From Eledone cirrhosa (Eukaryota), in contig OZ024743.1 of NCBI GenBank assembly GCA_964016885.1, positions 134,230,001 through 134,294,000 of the forward strand: a stretch of DNA of 64,000 bases, read 5' to 3'. The notes below the pieces were generated by a model. That model had not been told where the DNA came from and searched no databases. It worked only from the letters and a program-made list of their open reading frames with translations. Position numbers and translations under genes: made by a program. This document shows, piece after piece, positions 62,480-64,000 of this stretch. Within the stretch, counting starts at the first letter, position 1. Every line of letters begins with the position of its first letter.

Positions 62480-64000
62480 CTTGGTGTTAGGTGTTTGGTG
62501 CTTGGTGCTTGGTGTTTGGTGTTTGGTGCTTGGTGTTTGGTGTTTGGTTGTTGGTGTTTGGTGCTTGGAACTTGGTGCTTGGTGCTTGGTGTTAGGTGTT
62601 TGGTGCTTGGTGCTTGGTGTCTGGTTTTTGGTGCTTGGTGCTTGGTGTTTGGTGTTTGGTGCTTGCTGCTGGTTGCTTGGTGTTTGGTGCTTGATGATTG
62701 GTGCTTGGTGTTTGGGGCTTGGTGTTTGGTGTTTGGTGCTAGGTGCTTGGTGTTTGGTGCTTGGTGCTTGGTGTTTGTACTTGGTGCTTGGTGCTTGGTT
62801 CTTTGTGTTTGGTGCTTGGTGCTTGGTGTTTGGTGCTTGGTGCTTGGTGTTTGTTGCTTGGTGCTTGGATCTTGGTGTTTGGTGCTTGGTGTTAGGTGTT
62901 TGGTGCTTGGTGCTTGGTGTTTGGTGTTTGGTGCTTGGTGCTTGGTGTTTGGTGTTTGGTGCTTGGTGTTTGGTGTTTGGTGTTATATGCTTGGTGTTTG
63001 ATGCTTGGTGCTTGGTGCTTGGTGTTTGGTGCTTGGTGTTTGATGCTTGGTGCTTGGTGCTTGGTGTTTGGTGCTTGGTGCTTGGTGTTTGTACTTGGTG
63101 CTTGGTGCTTGGTTCTTGGTGTTTGGTGCTTGGTGCTTGGTGTTTGGTGCTTGGTGCTTGGTGTTTGGTGCTTGGTGTTTGGTGCTTGGTGTTTGGTGCT
63201 TGGTGCTTGGTGCTTGGTGCTTGGTGTTTGGTGCTTGGTGTTTGGTGCTTGGTGTTAGGTGTTTGGTGCTTGGTGTTTGGTGTTTGGTTTTTGGTGCTTG
63301 GTGCTTGGTGTTTGGTGCTTGCTGCTGGCTGCTTGGTGTTTGATGCTTGGTGATTGGTGCTTGGTGTTTGGTGCTTGGTGTTTGGTGTTTGGTGCTAGGT
63401 GCTTGGTGTTTGGTGCTTGGTGCTTGGTGCTTGGTGTTTGGTGCTTGGTGCTTGGTCTTTGGTGCTTGGTGTTTGGTGTTTGGTGCTTGGTGCTTGGTGC
63501 TTGGTGTTTGGTGCTTGGTGCTTGGTGTTTGGTGCTTGGTGCTTAGTGTTTGGTGCTTGGTGCTTAGTGTTTGGTGCTTGCTGCTTGGTGTTTGGTGCTT
63601 GGGGCTTGGTGTTTGGTGCCTGGTGCTTGGTGTTTGGTGCTTGGTGCTTGGTGTTTGGTGTTTGCTGTTTGCTGTTTGGTGTTTGTTGTTTGGTGTTTGT
63701 TGTTTGGTGTTTGCTGTTTGGTGTTTGGTGTTTGCTTTTTGGTGTTTGGTGTTTGCTGTATGTTGTTTGCTGTTTGGTGTTTGGTGTTTGGTCTTTGGTG
63801 CTTGGTGCTTGGTGTTTGGTGCTTGGTGCTTGGTGTTTCGTGCCTGGTGCTTGGTGCTTGGTGCTTGGTGTTTGGTGTTTGGTGCTTGGTGCTTGGTGCT
63901 TGGAGTTTGGTGTTTGGTGCTTGGTGCTTGGTGTTTTGTGTTTCGTGTTTGGTTTTTGGTGCTTGGTGCTTGGTGCTTGGTCCTTGGTGTTTGGTGCTGG
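62480..64000. repeat. Third copy of the block first seen at ~42580-44100 and ~54510-56030
   Basis: GGAACTTGG at 42670/54600/62567. Identical ORFs 42999/54929/62896 and 43150/55080/63047. Confidence 0.85.

Larger units (their letters stand above)
1..64000. repeat. 7-bp tandem satellite array (TTGGTGY)n, dimorphic monomers TTGGTGC/TTGGTGT plus rare variants; extends past both window edges
   Basis: Every line parses into TTGGTGC/TTGGTGT units with occasional substitution variants (TTGATGC, TAGGTGT, TTGGTAC, TTGCTGT, TATATGC, TGGCTGC, CTGGTGC, TTGGAGT) and a few 6-, 8- or 9-bp units. The + strand is G/T-rich with very few A, and the orientation never changes. Confidence 0.99.

Noticed and set aside
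105-62990. TATATG/TATATATG motifs as TATA boxes and T-runs (e.g. ~45264) as terminators
   Set aside because: They are in-register variant monomers spread by duplication, with no associated gene, hairpin or other promoter context.
14-63546. Hundreds of + strand ORFs up to 698 aa (e.g. 48242-50338, 36602-38437) encoding WCLV(L/F)G(A/V) repeats that look like hydrophobic membrane proteins
   Set aside because: A stop-free 7-bp unit gives the same heptapeptide in all three frames. The ORFs overlap in every frame, mostly start at TTG/GTG inside monomers, end at chance A-containing variants, and have no unique domain or codon-position constraint.
1-64000. Canonical telomerase-synthesised telomere
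   Set aside because: The consensus has no GGG run and matches no telomere motif I recognise. Faithful kb-scale copying of variant patterns indicates DNA duplication, not fresh telomerase addition. Occasional TTAGG comes from TAGGTGT variant junctions. A subtelomeric or recombination-maintained role is not excluded.
1-64000. CRISPR-like array (landmark motifs separated by variable stretches)
   Set aside because: There are no unique spacers, no constant 23-50 bp repeat with regular spacing, and no leader or cas genes. The intervening sequence is the same 7-mer.
1-64000. Bacterial heptamer repeats (cyanobacterial STRR-type short tandem repeats)
   Set aside because: Those are short intergenic tracts among genes. 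A gene-free tract of at least 64 kb with HORs fits a eukaryotic satellite far better, though taxonomy cannot be proven here.
1-64000. Sequencing or base-calling artefact, or synthetic low-complexity sequence
   Set aside because: Rare variants recur in identical multi-kb contexts with self-consistent offsets, and random 1-bp indels are nearly absent. Individual copy numbers could still be misassembled.
1-64000. Fungal RIP or CpG-deamination signature behind the variants
   Set aside because: The abundant TG/CA dinucleotides are mostly intact (TTAGTGY and TTGGTAC are minor), and the main C/T site is in CTT context, not CpA or CpG.
54465-64000. Apparent regular ~8-kb HOR (E-block offset 7967 vs 8606 - 637 = 7969)
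   Set aside because: The 57.8-62.5 kb interval lacks the C/A/B landmarks (GGATAC, GGAGCATGG, TATATGAATGG), so the similar length appears coincidental and is not a third full unit.

Overview
The whole 64 kb window is one uninterrupted, single-orientation 7-bp tandem satellite, (TTGGTGY)n, made mainly of TTGGTGC and TTGGTGT monomers (minus strand RCACCAA). That is roughly 9,100 monomers, and the array runs off both ends. I see no unique sequence, credible gene, RNA gene, transposon, CRISPR array or inversion. All listed ORFs are artefacts of a stop-free 7-mer that reads as WCLV(L/F)G(A/V) or TKHQ(T/A)P(S/N) in every frame. The real information is in the order of C/T monomers and rare variant monomers, which act as landmarks for a nested higher-order-repeat (HOR) architecture. 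It includes near-perfect tandem duplications of 127, 182, 329, 1658, 2054/2068 and 3954/3961 bp and older or larger copies at offsets of about 3.8-6.4 kb, 5666/7359 and 8606/12567/11930. There is also a 637-bp ectopic block flanked by a ~70-bp direct repeat. This is most consistent with a eukaryotic heterochromatic, possibly centromeric or subtelomeric, satellite evolving by kb-scale recombination. The organism and function cannot be determined from the sequence. Offsets come from matching landmark motifs and identical ORF translations by eye, so block edges are approximate.
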